This document shows, piece by piece, positions 11,245 through 23,030 of a stretch of 64,000 nucleotides of DNA. The stretch is from NCBI GenBank assembly GCA_043228905.1, contig JBHGNT010000020.1, positions 8,742,001 to 8,806,000 of the forward strand, given 5' to 3'. Origin of the DNA: Azolla caroliniana (taxonomy: Eukaryota > Plantae > Polypodiophyta). The translations under genes and the position numbers were made by a program. Under the pieces are notes generated by a model that did not search any database, was not told where the DNA came from, and worked only from the letters and a program-made list of their open reading frames with translations. Numbering within the stretch: the stretch's first letter is position 1; every line of letters starts with the position of its first letter.

Positions 11245-14200
11245 TCAATTAGATTCCTTCATGTCTTCATTTTCATCCGGCCTATTATGTTCATCGTCGA
11301 GGTAATCGAGATCAGGATCCTTGTCTTGTCTTTTCTTGAAAAGCTTTACTCTTTTCCCCGCAATGGGTACGGCCAACCTTGATCCGTCTAGTTCCGCAAG
11401 GTGGTATGTGGCATTATCGTTGGCACTTGTCACCACATATGGCCCAAACCATCTTCTTGCGAACTTCCTTGTTGTACTATGTTGATTGTCAAGGGTGCTA
11501 TCGTAAACTAAAACCCAATCCCCTTCTTCAATCTTCTTGGGACGAAGTCGATGCGTGTTGTCGAACCGAACTTTGTTCTTTACTCGGGCTGCCTTCATCA
11601 TCTTTCGTGCTTTTTCTAAATCTTCAGGTCTTCTTTCAAGTTGCCTTATCCGCGCCGCTAATAACTCTTCTCGGCTCATCTCGTTCCCCCACGGTATCGC
11701 TACCCATGAGGCGATCGTCCTTTCGATGGGCATAATCGGCTTTTGTCCATACATAAGCTCCGTCGGCATATACCCTATCACCGAGCTATGTGTCGTTCTA
11801 TCGGCCCACAAGGCATAGGGTAATAGTCGTGGCCAATTCCCAACTCGACCGTTGCATGCCCGTACGATGGCTTTAACGATAGGTCCATGCCCTCGCTCGA
11901 TCTTCCCATTTGCTTCCGGATTGTAGGCAGTCGTGAGGGAGAGCTTCACGCCTAGTCTTTCGAAGAGCTCCGTCGCTTCGTGCGCGTCCAACTCCCCTCG
12001 GTCGGCCACTATCTTCCCTACACATCCATATCGGCAAACAACATCTTCAAGTAGAAATTTGCAAACGGCTGAAGTCGTCTTATTTGTCAAGGCTCGTCCT
12101 TCCACTTGATTTGTCAAGTCTTCCCTTGCCAACGCTAAGTACTTCATTTGTCCCACTCCCATTGGCATCGAGACCAGATCCACCATCCATTTGAAGTGTA
12201 TGGTGAGTGGGTATGTCGGCTTTAACTCATCACGATGACGTATATTTGAATATACTTGGCAAGTTTCGCATGTGGACACGAAATGGAGTACATCTTTGTA
12301 CATGCTTGGCCACCAGTACTTCTCCTTCAACTTTTCGAACGTCGCCCATGTTCCTCTATGACCTGCCCAAGCACTCTCGTGGAATTCGGTCATTAGCGTC
12401 TCTTGCTCTTCTTTCTTTACCACCACTCGACGTGGTATTCCTGTCCTTCTTTTTGGATGTCGCCAAAGGAATCCTCCCTTCAAGAAGTATCGGTAAGCTT
12501 TCTTTCGGATTCGTAGGGCCTCCTCCTTTGTCAACGAAGCATCGGTCGTCAATGTTCTTAGGAATCTACCGATGAGTAACCACTCTCCTTCGTATTCGTT
12601 CTCGTTGAAGGCGTGGAGGGTTTGCGTGTCCTGGTCTTCCGCCGACAATCGAGCCATCTTGAAGAAGTCGAGGGCAACATCTTCATCTTCCGAAACCATG
12701 TTACTTCCATTTGAAAATCTTGCCCTCGACAGCATGTCAGCCATGGCGTTCTTCTTCCCTGCGATGTGACGAATCTCTGGGTTTAAAGACTTGATGTAGG
12801 CGATCCACCTTAGCATAGCAAGATCTGGGGTCGCACATCCCGAGACCATTCCGAGAATTGGGAGACAATCTGTCTCTATTATCACTTCTGACCCGATCAG
12901 GTAATCTTTGTCCGTCTTCACTGCCGACACAATACCCCAAAGTTCCCGCTTGACTTGGGCATATCTTTGTTGCCGTTCGCTGAGAACCTTTGCTCCGAAC
13001 CGGACGGCATATCGCGCATTATCTTCACCTTCTTGATTGATGACCCACCCGATTCCGGTTGGGCTCGTATCTACGGTCACGTAAATTGGTTTCCCTTCGG
13101 CATAGTCGGCCTTCCTTAGTGCCGGAGCTTCAAGAAGCAGTTTCTTTAATCTTTGCATCGCCTCTGTGTGCTCGTCTCGCCATTCAAACTTTATTCTTTT
13201 CTTTAGTAGTCCATATAACGGTCCGGCGACATGAGCGTAGTGAGGAATCCATATATGGTAAAACGCGCATGCTCCAAGGAACCTTCGAACCTCCGTTTGG
13301 TTTTCGCATTCTTCTTTCATGTCTTGGATTGCGTTCACTTTGGATGGCGAGGGCTTCCGGCCGTATGCTCCACACAAGTGACCTACCACCAAGATCTCCG
13401 GTTGCCCGAATGCGGATTTTTCTCCCGAAAATGTCAAATTCGCATCTTCGAGCCTTTGAAGCACCTTCTCGCAATCTTTCATATGATCCGCAACGAACTT
13501 TCTACAACCTTCCTTATCTTTCGATTCATCTTTCTCCTCATCCGAACATCCTTTTATTGGAATATCATCCAAGAATGGCATCGTGATGTCCGGAATGCAA
13601 TCCTTCAAGACTTTATTCATGGCATTCACCATATGAGCCACCGAGTTCGTTGCGCCTTGGGGTAAGGTACACATCCGCACAAGCCCGATCGGAGTCCTCA
13701 TGGTTGTAATGTCCCGACTGTCGATTGCCAATTGGAATTGGTCATATCCGGAGTAGAGATCGCCAATGGAGTAGATGGACCGGCCCGCAAACGCTTCGGC
13801 AAATTCGTCCACGCTCGGACCGATTCCGGCATTTCGAATTGTCACCTTGTTGACGGGTTGAAGATCTTGGATGAATCGCAATGATCCATTCTTCTTCGGC
13901 ACCGTGAACCACCTATTGGAATAAGGAGCATTCGACGGTTCTAGAATTCCCATACTCACCTTCTCCTTTAAGAGCTCGATCAGCTTCGGAAGGTGTGCTC
14001 TCGGAACCGGTATCGGTTTCAAGTTCCAAGGCACATGAGGCACCGTGAAGATCACCATTGGCTCTATAACCTTTGGGTCGGCGCATCCGATTTCTCGTGG
14101 GAAGAATGCGAAAGCCTTCCCATGTCTCTCAAGCATATCACGAAACATTCGCTCCTCTTCAGGGAGAAGGAAATCCTCCTTTCCAACTCGTAGCTTCCCC

Positions 14201-14735
14201 TTCGTCTCTTTGGTGAAGTCATGACCTATCTTCTTCGGATCTCTTAAGCTTGGATCGTTAGCGACTTCATCTTTTGCCAACTATCTTCCGGTAGCGGAAC
14301 CGCAACTGGCTTGATCTTCTTATCCACTATTTTATATTTCGTGTTGATGTCAGCTTCATTCATCGAGATGCCACGACGGTATTCATCGATGATAGCGTAC
14401 ATGTTGACGGAGTTAACCGAAATCACACGTTGGTTGTGAAGATAGCTCAAGTCCACGACGTCCTCGATTTCGCCGATGGTGTCGTTAAATGAGGCTTCTT
14501 CCATAATATGAGTCACGAACTCTCCTTCTTCTATTATGTTCTCTTCTTTCAGCATCTTCTCGAATTCTTGTATCCGGCTCTTGTGCTTCTTGTCGGGTAG
14601 TACTAGTTTACATGCGCCACTAGGTGTGACACATGTTGCTTCTCCTTGCAATCCACGCGCTCTTCTTTCTTGTGGGGTCTTGTGATTGCTCGGACTATTT
14701 GTGCCCCATGCTTCAATAGTCCGCTCTAAAAATCC
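11245..14735 (-). pseudogene. Gypsy ORF2 pol (RT-RNase H-integrase); 4-bp deletion frameshift near 14268
   Basis: DLYSGYDQ, LPQGATNS, FLDD, VDTS, ETDC, HHCC, DRGE..NGKIERGH and GPY motifs. The duplicate at 60244-61236 lacks the frameshift. Confidence 0.93.
14673..14735 (-). promoter_or_regulatory. Predicted -1 programmed frameshift signal (G GAT TTT plus stem-loop or pseudoknot); copy at 61258-61320
   Basis: Heptamer directly before the ORF1 stop, -1 frame continuous with pol, 9-bp stem CGGACTATT/AATAGTCCG, and loop TGGGG complementary to downstream CCCCA. Confidence 0.75.
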
Positions 14736-16930
14736 GAGGATTCGCCTCCGAGACTATCTCGATTCCTTTCATGATTGGCTCGCACTGTTAGGAATTGGAC
14801 CGATCTTTGGTTGTCAAGACTCTTTATTCGTGCGAAGGCTGCTCCATTATCGAACACTTTGGTCTCCATCCGAGATGATGTGATATAAGGTTGCCCTAGG
14901 ATGACAAGATGCGATGTCGATTCTTGTACGAAGAAGTGTTGATCCATCTCCACATCCCCGATCGTGACTTTGACATTGGGACAAGCTCCGTACAAGTCCT
15001 CCGTAGACTTTGTTGCCGCGCGAATCTTCCATCTGTGGTTTGTATTAATTGGCCATCTTCCCTTTTTGTAGAAGTCGGTTGACATGAGGTTGATCTCCGA
15101 GCCGTGGTCGATCAAGGCTACGACGGTCTCTTTCTTCTCCCCGATCTTCACCGGCGTCTCCGTTGTCGCTCGTGCCCAATGAGGTCGAGTGTAGTGGCTG
15201 TCCACCATATCTTCATCGATTTCGTCTCTTGCCATCGTTATGGCATTCGTTTTTGCTTTCTGCGGCTTCTCTTCTTCCTCGTCCGATTGTTGTCTCTTTC
15301 TCTTTACAAGGTCCACGATCGTGTCATGGAACTCCTTCTTCGTAATGCCAAGCAATTCCCTCAAGGACAAAGTTACATGGCTATCAAGAACTCGTTCTTC
15401 GAGAATCTTCTTTAGGTCCGTCGTCTGCTCTATGTCCGACCTTAGCTTATAGGTAGGTATGGTCCTTGTCCTCCGAGCGGGGTCTTCGACACCAACCTTC
15501 ACGGGCTGAACCGTTTCTTCAACTCGTATGCTTGGCTCCCCTTTTCGGCTTGATTCTCGTTCCTCCGTTTGTAAAGGTCGACTCGTCTCCACATCGTCCT
15601 TCTTTTTCGCGTTCCTTGTTTCATGTCTTTTTGATGGCCCTTGCTCTTCTATTCTCTTTCTCTTTTCTTCAACGAACACCTCGTGGTTGTCGCACATCAC
15701 CTCTGCGAGTATGGTGTTGTCGTCCATCAGATCCGACCACCCGGTTATGCATTGCACGTTTCGGTCCGCAAGCTCTACCTCGTTCGATGTGACTTTTCCC
15801 TTCTTCTCATATTCGAGAATGGAAGTCCAAAACTTTGCTCCCGCTCTAGCAGCTTCAGTCTTGTCTTTCCCGACTCTTATTCCGGCCGACGCAGCATAGT
15901 GCATCGCATCCACATGAGTCGCATCGGCATCCTCCATAGATTTCTTCATTCCTCCTCTTCCGAAATTCACCCGTAGGGGTCTTCTAGTCTCGCTTGAGCA
16001 GATCATGTTGTCCTCTATGTATACGATATTTTGTCGAATCGCCTCTCGAAGGCTCGCACAATCCCTTCTCATGTGGTCCATGCTATCGCACCACACGCAT
16101 CTAAAGGGTTCTTTTCCTTTAGGGCCCCGACGATTCATGTTGGCTAGCGTGACCTTCTCGAACTTCTTCGCTAGCTCTTCAATGATGTCGTCATCAATCT
16201 TCTTTTCTTCCACGTTACTTTGTCTCGGCGGCTCAGCTACTTTCGGCGGTCTTGCTTTCTCCGTGGTAGTCGGTCCCGTCAAGTCGGTGTCATCAACCCA
16301 TTGGCGACGCTTGTCGAGCCTATTGCATGCCCGCTTCACCGCGATCCAGTCCGCTACGAGCCCATTTGCTTGGGTATCATCTTCGAGAAGAGTCCCCAAC
16401 TCCCGTCTATCCTTTATGTCCACGGCCTTCAAGAAGTACAAAGTCTTGTCCTCTTCAAGCAATACTTGGTCCGTATTGGGGAGACGACTAAACATTTGGT
16501 CGAATTCGTCGTACACCCTCGAGACGCTCATCTTCTTATTCTTCTTCTCTATCCACTTCATCAGGGCATGTCAAGTCATCCTCGTTGAGTCTTCAGTCAC
16601 GAACTCCGCTAGTATCGTCTTCTCGAATTCGGACCATGTTGTCTTTCCTTCTTGAAGCTCGATGACGCGTCTTTGGATGTTGTTGGCGACAACTCTCTTG
16701 AAGCTTGCGATTTGACGTGCCTCGGACACGTCCCTTTGATTCATCTCCCTCTTATATGCATCAAGGAACTTCGTAATGTTCCTTCCATCGAATTGGCCCT
16801 CGAGCTCTATGACACGATCGACAGCCTTCTCCACGCTCGCGTCGTTGTCCCGAGATCTCATCATTTGCTCGACGATTAGCATCATCCTTTCAAGCTCTCC
16901 TGCTTGGTTGCTTGAGGACGCCATCTCCAA
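14726..16930 (-). pseudogene. Gypsy ORF1 gag-protease with one in-frame TGA at 16571-16573
   Basis: CCHC knuckle CVWCDSMDHMRRDC and protease motifs ALIDHGSEIN and ILGQPY; ends SSDF*. Confidence 0.88.
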
Positions 16931-16965
16931 GTATTAATCTCGACTTGATCCTTCCTACCGCCTCT

Positions 16966-16983
16966 TTCACGTCGGGTTCACCA
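16966..16983 (-). promoter_or_regulatory. Primer binding site complementary to tRNA-Trp; copy at about 63551-63568
   Basis: Plus-strand TTCACGTCGGGTTCACCA equals the 3' 18 nt (including CCA) of plant cytosolic tRNA-Trp as recalled. Confidence 0.8.
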
Positions 16984-17370
16984 CTTTATTATGTCGTGAA
17001 GATCCGTCACTACGCGCGGATCGTGAGGCGGAACCGCCGGGGTTCTGGACCAGAAGGATTTAGAGTCGATACAAGCTTTGGCGAGAAAGCACTTAAGATA
17101 GATTGGGAAAGAGAGAAGATGAGATTACACAATTGATTTGATAATGAATTTCTTGTTCTTAATTTTCATAAAAAAAACCGTGTTTTTCTCCTCCCCCTTC
17201 CCTCTTTTATAGATGCTCTCATGCATATAATGCATGTGAGGGTACAAGACATGCATAAATTGCATGTTTGCCATTTGGCGCTTAAGTATTACATGTGGTG
17301 CATGCTAACCATGTCACTCATTTTAGTTCGCATGGATGAGAATTTACATGTAAAAGTACAATGATAGAAA

Positions 17371-20300
17371 TGTTGGGAATCAACGCTTCGATTCACCTTC
17401 ACCACTCGGCCACAACCGAGTAATCGCGAATCAATGCAGCAGAAAATAGGAACCACAGAGAGAAACACACGTATACACAGGGATTAACGTGGAAAACCCT
17501 AGATGGGAAAAACCACGGGAGTACGAGACTCCAAACCAACACTATACAAAGAGAAGTACACAATGGCGAGCTGCAAGGCGACGACCTTGAGCTCGCTGTC
17601 CTCGCCACAGGCGGCGGAAATACACAGAGGCGTAGTCCTCTTCCTCTCTCACGCTCTATCTCTCTCTCTCTCTCTCTCTCTCACGGCTGCTCCCTCTTCA
17701 CTCCTCTTGAGTGGAAAAACAGAAAAATGATTAGCAACAATAAAACTATTTGCCCTAAGTCATATTTATACATATATGACTTTGGGGCTATTTACAACTA
17801 TAGCCTCAGGGGGCCCTTAGCGGACATATTCACGGATATGTCCCTGCATCCGGATCTCTCTCCGGGTACATTCGTCATCCGGCACCGAAGCCGGGGTCTT
17901 CAACATCCGGATCCGAAACCGAAACCGGGCTCGTCGGCATTCATCTCCGACATCCGACCATCCCATCCGAAGGGATCGTAATCCCAACAAACTCCCCCTT
18001 CACTTCGGCATGGGATGTCTTTCCAAACCGATCCTCTTCCGGCATGCTTCCAGCTTGTCGGGTGTGAGGACCTTGGTCAGCATATCCGACCCGTTCTCAT
18101 CCGTGTGGATCTTTGTCAGCACGAACTCCTTGTCTTCTATCCTTTCCCGGATCCAGTGATATCTTCGCTGGATGTGCTTCGTCCGGGAGTGATAGGCCGC
18201 GTTCTTCGCAAGGTGGATTGCACTCTGACTGTCACAGTAGAGTCGGTACTCCTCCTGCCGGATACCGAGCTCTCTAATGAAGTCCTTCATCCATATTACT
18301 TCCTTGCCGGCTTCAACAACCGCCATGTACTCCGCCTCCGTAGTTGACAACGCAACCGTCTTCTGCAGCCTCGACTGCTATGAAACAGCTCCCCCTGCAT
18401 ACGTCATCACATACCCTGATGTGGACCGGCTGGTATCTGCATCAGCCGACATATCCGAATCGGTAAAGCCGTCGAGTTCGGGCTTACCGGAGCCGAATCG
18501 GAGGCACACGTTTGCCGTGCCCTTCAGGTATCGGAGTATCCACTTGGCCGCGTTCCAATGCTCTTTGCCGGGATTGCTCATGTACCGGCTCACCACTCCG
18601 ACTGCATATCCGATGTCCGGTCTCGTACACACCATGGCGTACATCAAGCTCCCGACGGCTGAGGCATATGGCACTTTCATCATATCCTCCTTTTCAGCCT
18701 TTGTCTTGGGACTTTGCTTGTTGGACAGCTTGCAGTTTGCCGGGAGGGTCGATCCGACCGGTCTTGCTTCCGACATGTTGAACCGGTGAAGCACCTTCGT
18801 CACGTACTTCTCCTGTGACAGCCACAACTGCTTCTTCTTCCGGTCCCGGATGATGTGCATCCCTAGTATTTGCCTCGCCGGACCCAAGTCCTTCATTGAG
18901 AAGGTTCGGTGAAGAGCCTTCTTCAGCATCCGTATCTTGACCTGGTCCCGTCCGACGATCAACATGTCGTCCACGTACAGGAGGAGTATTAGGAAGTCTC
19001 CTCCTTCGAACTTCTTCACAAACACGCAGTGGTCGGACTGCGTTTTGAGGTACCCTTCGTCGGTCATGAAGGAGTCGAATTTCCGGTACCATTGCCGGGG
19101 AGCCTGCTTCAGTCCGTAAAGGCTCTTCTTCAACCGGCATACCAGGTGCTCCTTCCCTTTCTTCTCGAATCCTTCCGGTTGCTGCATGTAGATCTCTTCA
19201 TCGAGGTCACCGTGAAGGAATGCCGTCTTCACGTCCATCTGTTCTACCTCGAGGTCCATGCTTGCCGCTATGCTCAGCACCGTCCGGATGGAGGTCATCT
19301 TCACTACCGGGGCAAATATCTCGTCGAAGTCGACGCCCTTCTTCTGCTGAAACCCCTTCACCACGATCCCGGCTTTGTATCTCGGGGGGTTTCCGGCATC
19401 TCCCGGTTTCAGCTTGAACACCCACTTGTTTCGAAGTGCCCGCTTTCCTTTCGGCAACTCCACAAGTTCATATGTGTGGTTCTCATGCAGGGAATCCATC
19501 TCGTCCTGCATGGCACTCAACCACCTGCGGCTCTGGGTGTCGTGCTTTGCTTCTTCAAAGCTCTCCGGCTCCCCCTCGTCGGTTAGCAGCACGTGCTCTG
19601 GATCCGGAAATCTCCGGGGGGCCCTCCTCTCTCTTAGAGGATATCTCCGTTCGGGAGCTTCGGTAATCGGTTCTTCCGATTCTTCTTCTTCATCCGAATC
19701 CATTTCGGGATCGGGGCCGGTTCCGGTATCATTTTCATCTTCTTCGGCCGGTTCTGTTTCTTCACCGTCTTCGGCCGGATCCTCGAGTGCTAACCGGTCC
19801 CTTGCCGGTCGGGACTGCTCCTCATAAAGTTGATCCTCACCGGTTGACTTGGAGCTCTTCATCTTCTTCTCCGACTCCCAGTCGGCGAGTGTCTTGTTCT
19901 CCATGAAGATGATATCACGACTCCGGAATATCTTCTTGTCGACCGGGTCCCATACTCGGTAGCCGAACTCGTCGTCGCCGTAACCGAGGAATATGCATGG
20001 CCGGGTCTTTGGATCTAGCTTTCCTCTCCGGTCCTTTGCCACATGCACGTATGCGAGACACTCGAACACCTTCAGATGCCGGTAGGATACTTCCCTACCG
20101 GTCCACACTCTCTGCGGCGTGTCTCCGTCCAAAGGTACTGACGGTGATCTGTTTATCACATATGTCGCCGTCGACATTGCCTCAGCCCAAAATCCCTTGG
20201 GTAATTTCGCATGCGCCAGCATACTCCGAACCCTCTCCATTATGGTCCGGTTCATCCTCTCGGCCAGCCCGTTCAGTTCCGGCGTCTTCGGCACAGTAAA

Positions 20301-22389
20301 CTCGAGTCGGATTCCCTTCGAGCGACAGTACTCCTGGAACTGTCCCCGGTATTCCCCTCCGTTATCCGCTCGTATCGCTTTCAGCTTCTTGCCGGATTCT
20401 CTTTCCACTCTCGCGTGGAGTTCTTTGAAGACGGACAACACTTGGTCCTTTGTCTTCATCGGTGCCGTCCACAGTCTTCGGCTATGATCATCTATGAAAG
20501 TTACGAAGTACTGGGCTCCGCCATGTGACTTCGTTTCTACCTGACACACATCGGTGTGCACCAACTCCAATGGTGCGCTACGTCTCGTCGGTGGCCTTGA
20601 GTGGAAGGAGGTTCGGTTCTGCTTACCGGCCAGGCAATCGGTGCACTTCTCCAGGTGCACATGCTTCACTGGAATAAGGTTGTCTTCTGCAAGCCTCTTC
20701 ATCCCCTTCTCACTCATGTGACACAGTCTTTTGTGCCACAGCTCACCGGCAGTGTCGGCTGCCACATTCAGCTCTTCCGGACATAACCGGGCATTCATCA
20801 GGTACAGTGTGTTGATCTTCCGGGCCCGAGCCACTATCAGGCTCCCCTTGCTGAACTTCATTACGCCGTTCCGGATGCTACCTGTGTAGCCTTCATCGTC
20901 TAGCCTCCCGGCCGAAATCAGGTTCAATCGAACCTCCGGAACGTGTCAGACATCCTTCAGCAGCATTTTGCATCCGGTCGGGGTTGTCAACCACACGTCT
21001 CCTATGCCGGCAATCCGGCACGTACCTTCATTTCCCATCCGAACACAGCCATGCTCACCGGCTGTGTAGGATGAGAAGTATCTTCTCTCCGGGGTCAGGT
21101 GGAACGATGCTCCGGAATCGACCACCCAGGTCGTCTCATCGCCGGCAACGTTTAGTTCACCTTCTTCGGTGATGAGCATGATTTCTTCCTCACTTGCCGC
21201 GAGTGCCGTTGTTCCTTTCCGGTCCTGCCCTCGCCGATCCGAACCTCTCCGGTCCGTGGCTCCCCGGTATGCACCGTTTCTCTCCGGTGACTTCTTCGAA
21301 TCGGTGTCGTCGGCTCCGTTGTCTTTTCGGTAATGCCGACAATTCTTTCGGAAGTGCCCCGGTTTCCCACAGTGGAAGCATGTGGGCCTTCCTCTTGACT
21401 GCGACCGGGTCCCCGACTTCTCCCGTCTTTGCGGACTCCGGTTCCATTGTCTTCCCCGATCCGATTCGGTAAGCAGCGCCTTCGGGTCGGAGGCCGGTTC
21501 TTTATCTCTCCGACGCGCTTCTTCGTTCAAAATACTTGTCTTTACCGTTTGCAAGGACAAGTTATCTTCTGTGCAGGAGGTGCTGAGAGTCACCACCAAG
21601 TTCTCCCAGCTTTCCGGCAATGTACACATCAGGATGATGGCTTGCATTGCATCCTCCAACGGGAACTTGATCGCCGCAAGCTGATTCACGAATCCCATGA
21701 ACGTGCTTACGTGTTCCACCATACTCTCGCCGTCCCGGTACTTGAGATTCACTATCTTCCTCATCAGGGAGGTTCGGTTCAACGCATTCTTCCTCTCATA
21801 GAGGCCCGACAGCTTCCGCCACATCTCATATGCGTTGGTGTCGTTCGCCACATGTTGTAGAACGCTCACGTCGACGTATTGCCGAATGGTTGCAACGGCT
21901 TTCCGGTTCAGAAGCCTCCATTCCGACTCAAGTACCCCTTTCGGTATTTCCGACCTGTCAATCGGTTCGTACAGGTCCCGAACAATCAGAAGATCCTCCA
22001 TCTTGATCTTCCAGTCGGCGTAATTCTGCGCAGTCAGCACCATCATCCCCGGCTGCCCGCTGCCGCCGCCTTCCATTTTCTGCAGCAACCCGCTCTGATA
22101 CCAGTTTGTTGGGAATCAACGCTTCGATTCACCTTCACCACTCGGCCACAACCGAGTAATCGCGAATCAATGCAGCAGAAAATAGGAACCACAGAGAGAA
22201 ACACACGTATACACAGGGATTAACGTGGAAAACCCTAGATGGGAAAAACCACGGGAGTACGAGACTCCAAACCAACACTATACAAAGAGAAGTACACAAT
22301 GGCGAGTTGCAAGGCGACGACCTTGAGCTCGCTGTCCTCGCCACAGGCGGCGGAAATACACAGAGGCGTAGTCCTCTTCCTCTCTCACG

Positions 22390-22420
<31 letters not shown>

Positions 22421-22727
22421 ACGGCTGCTCCCTCTTCACTCCTCTTGAGTGGAAAAACAGAAAAATGATTAGCAACAATAAAACTATTTGCCCTAAGTCA
22501 TATTTATACATATATGACTTTGGGGCTATTTACAACTATAGCCTCAGGGGGCCCTTAGCGGACATATTCACGGATATGTCCCTGCATCCGGATCTCTCTC
22601 CGGGTACATTCGTCATCCGGCACCGAAGCCGGGGTCTTCAACATCCGGATCCGAAACCGAAACCGGGCTCGTCGGCATTCATCTCCGACATCCGACCATC
22701 CCATCCGAAGGGATCGTAATCCCAACA
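17371..22727 (-). mobile_element. Full-length Tnt1/Tork-like copia nested in the gypsy 5' LTR; LTRs 17371-17989 and 22107-22727; TSD AGAAA
   Basis: TG..CA LTRs differing by about 1 substitution and one CT unit, tRNA-iMet PBS 22091-22103, PPT 17990-17999, empty site visible at 63951-63955. Confidence 0.96.
18000..22076 (-). pseudogene. Copia gag-pol polyprotein with two in-frame stops (20946, 18378)
   Basis: CCHC, DSGAS protease, GAG-pre-integrase, DDE integrase, YVDD RT and RNase H in copia order. Confidence 0.93.
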
Positions 22728-22750
22728 AGAAATATAATTTCAACTAAATA

Positions 22751-22818
22751 TCATGGCTTAATTGTAAGCCATTTGACTCCTAACTTGGAGGTGCAAGGTT
22801 CGAATCTATACTTGCCCT
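22751..22818 (+). ncRNA. tRNA-like (A-box/B-box) module within the gypsy LTR; also 33123-33191 (minus) and partial at 63973-64000
   Basis: TGGCTTAAT(T/G)G A box with paired GGCTT/AAGCC D-stem, TGACTCC, GGTTCGAATC B box and a downstream T-rich tract. Acceptor and anticodon stems do not pair well, so this is not a functional tRNA. Confidence 0.6.
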
Positions 22819-22863
22819 CTTTGTATATGTAAATATGTATATATTTTTATATATTTTTATATA

Positions 22864-23030
22864 TGCCGACGCCGACGCCGGATGCCGTCGTCGGATGCCG
22901 ACGCCGGATGCCGTCGTCGGATGCCGACGCCGGATGCCGTCGTCGGATGCCGACGCCGGATACCGGTGCCGACGTCGGATACCGGTGCCGCATGCTGCCG
23001 CCAGATTGCCGTCGGATGCCGTCGGATCAT
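22864..23030. repeat. GC-rich tandem repeat (13/26-bp unit GCCGACGCCGGATGCCGTCGTCGGAT) in the gypsy LTR
   Basis: Visible tandem array; a different arrangement occurs in the solo LTR at about 32930-33075. Confidence 0.85.

Noticed and set aside
22751-22818. Functional tRNA gene (Arg-CCT or Trp)
   Set aside because: Acceptor, anticodon and T stems do not pair properly; retained only as a tRNA-like module.
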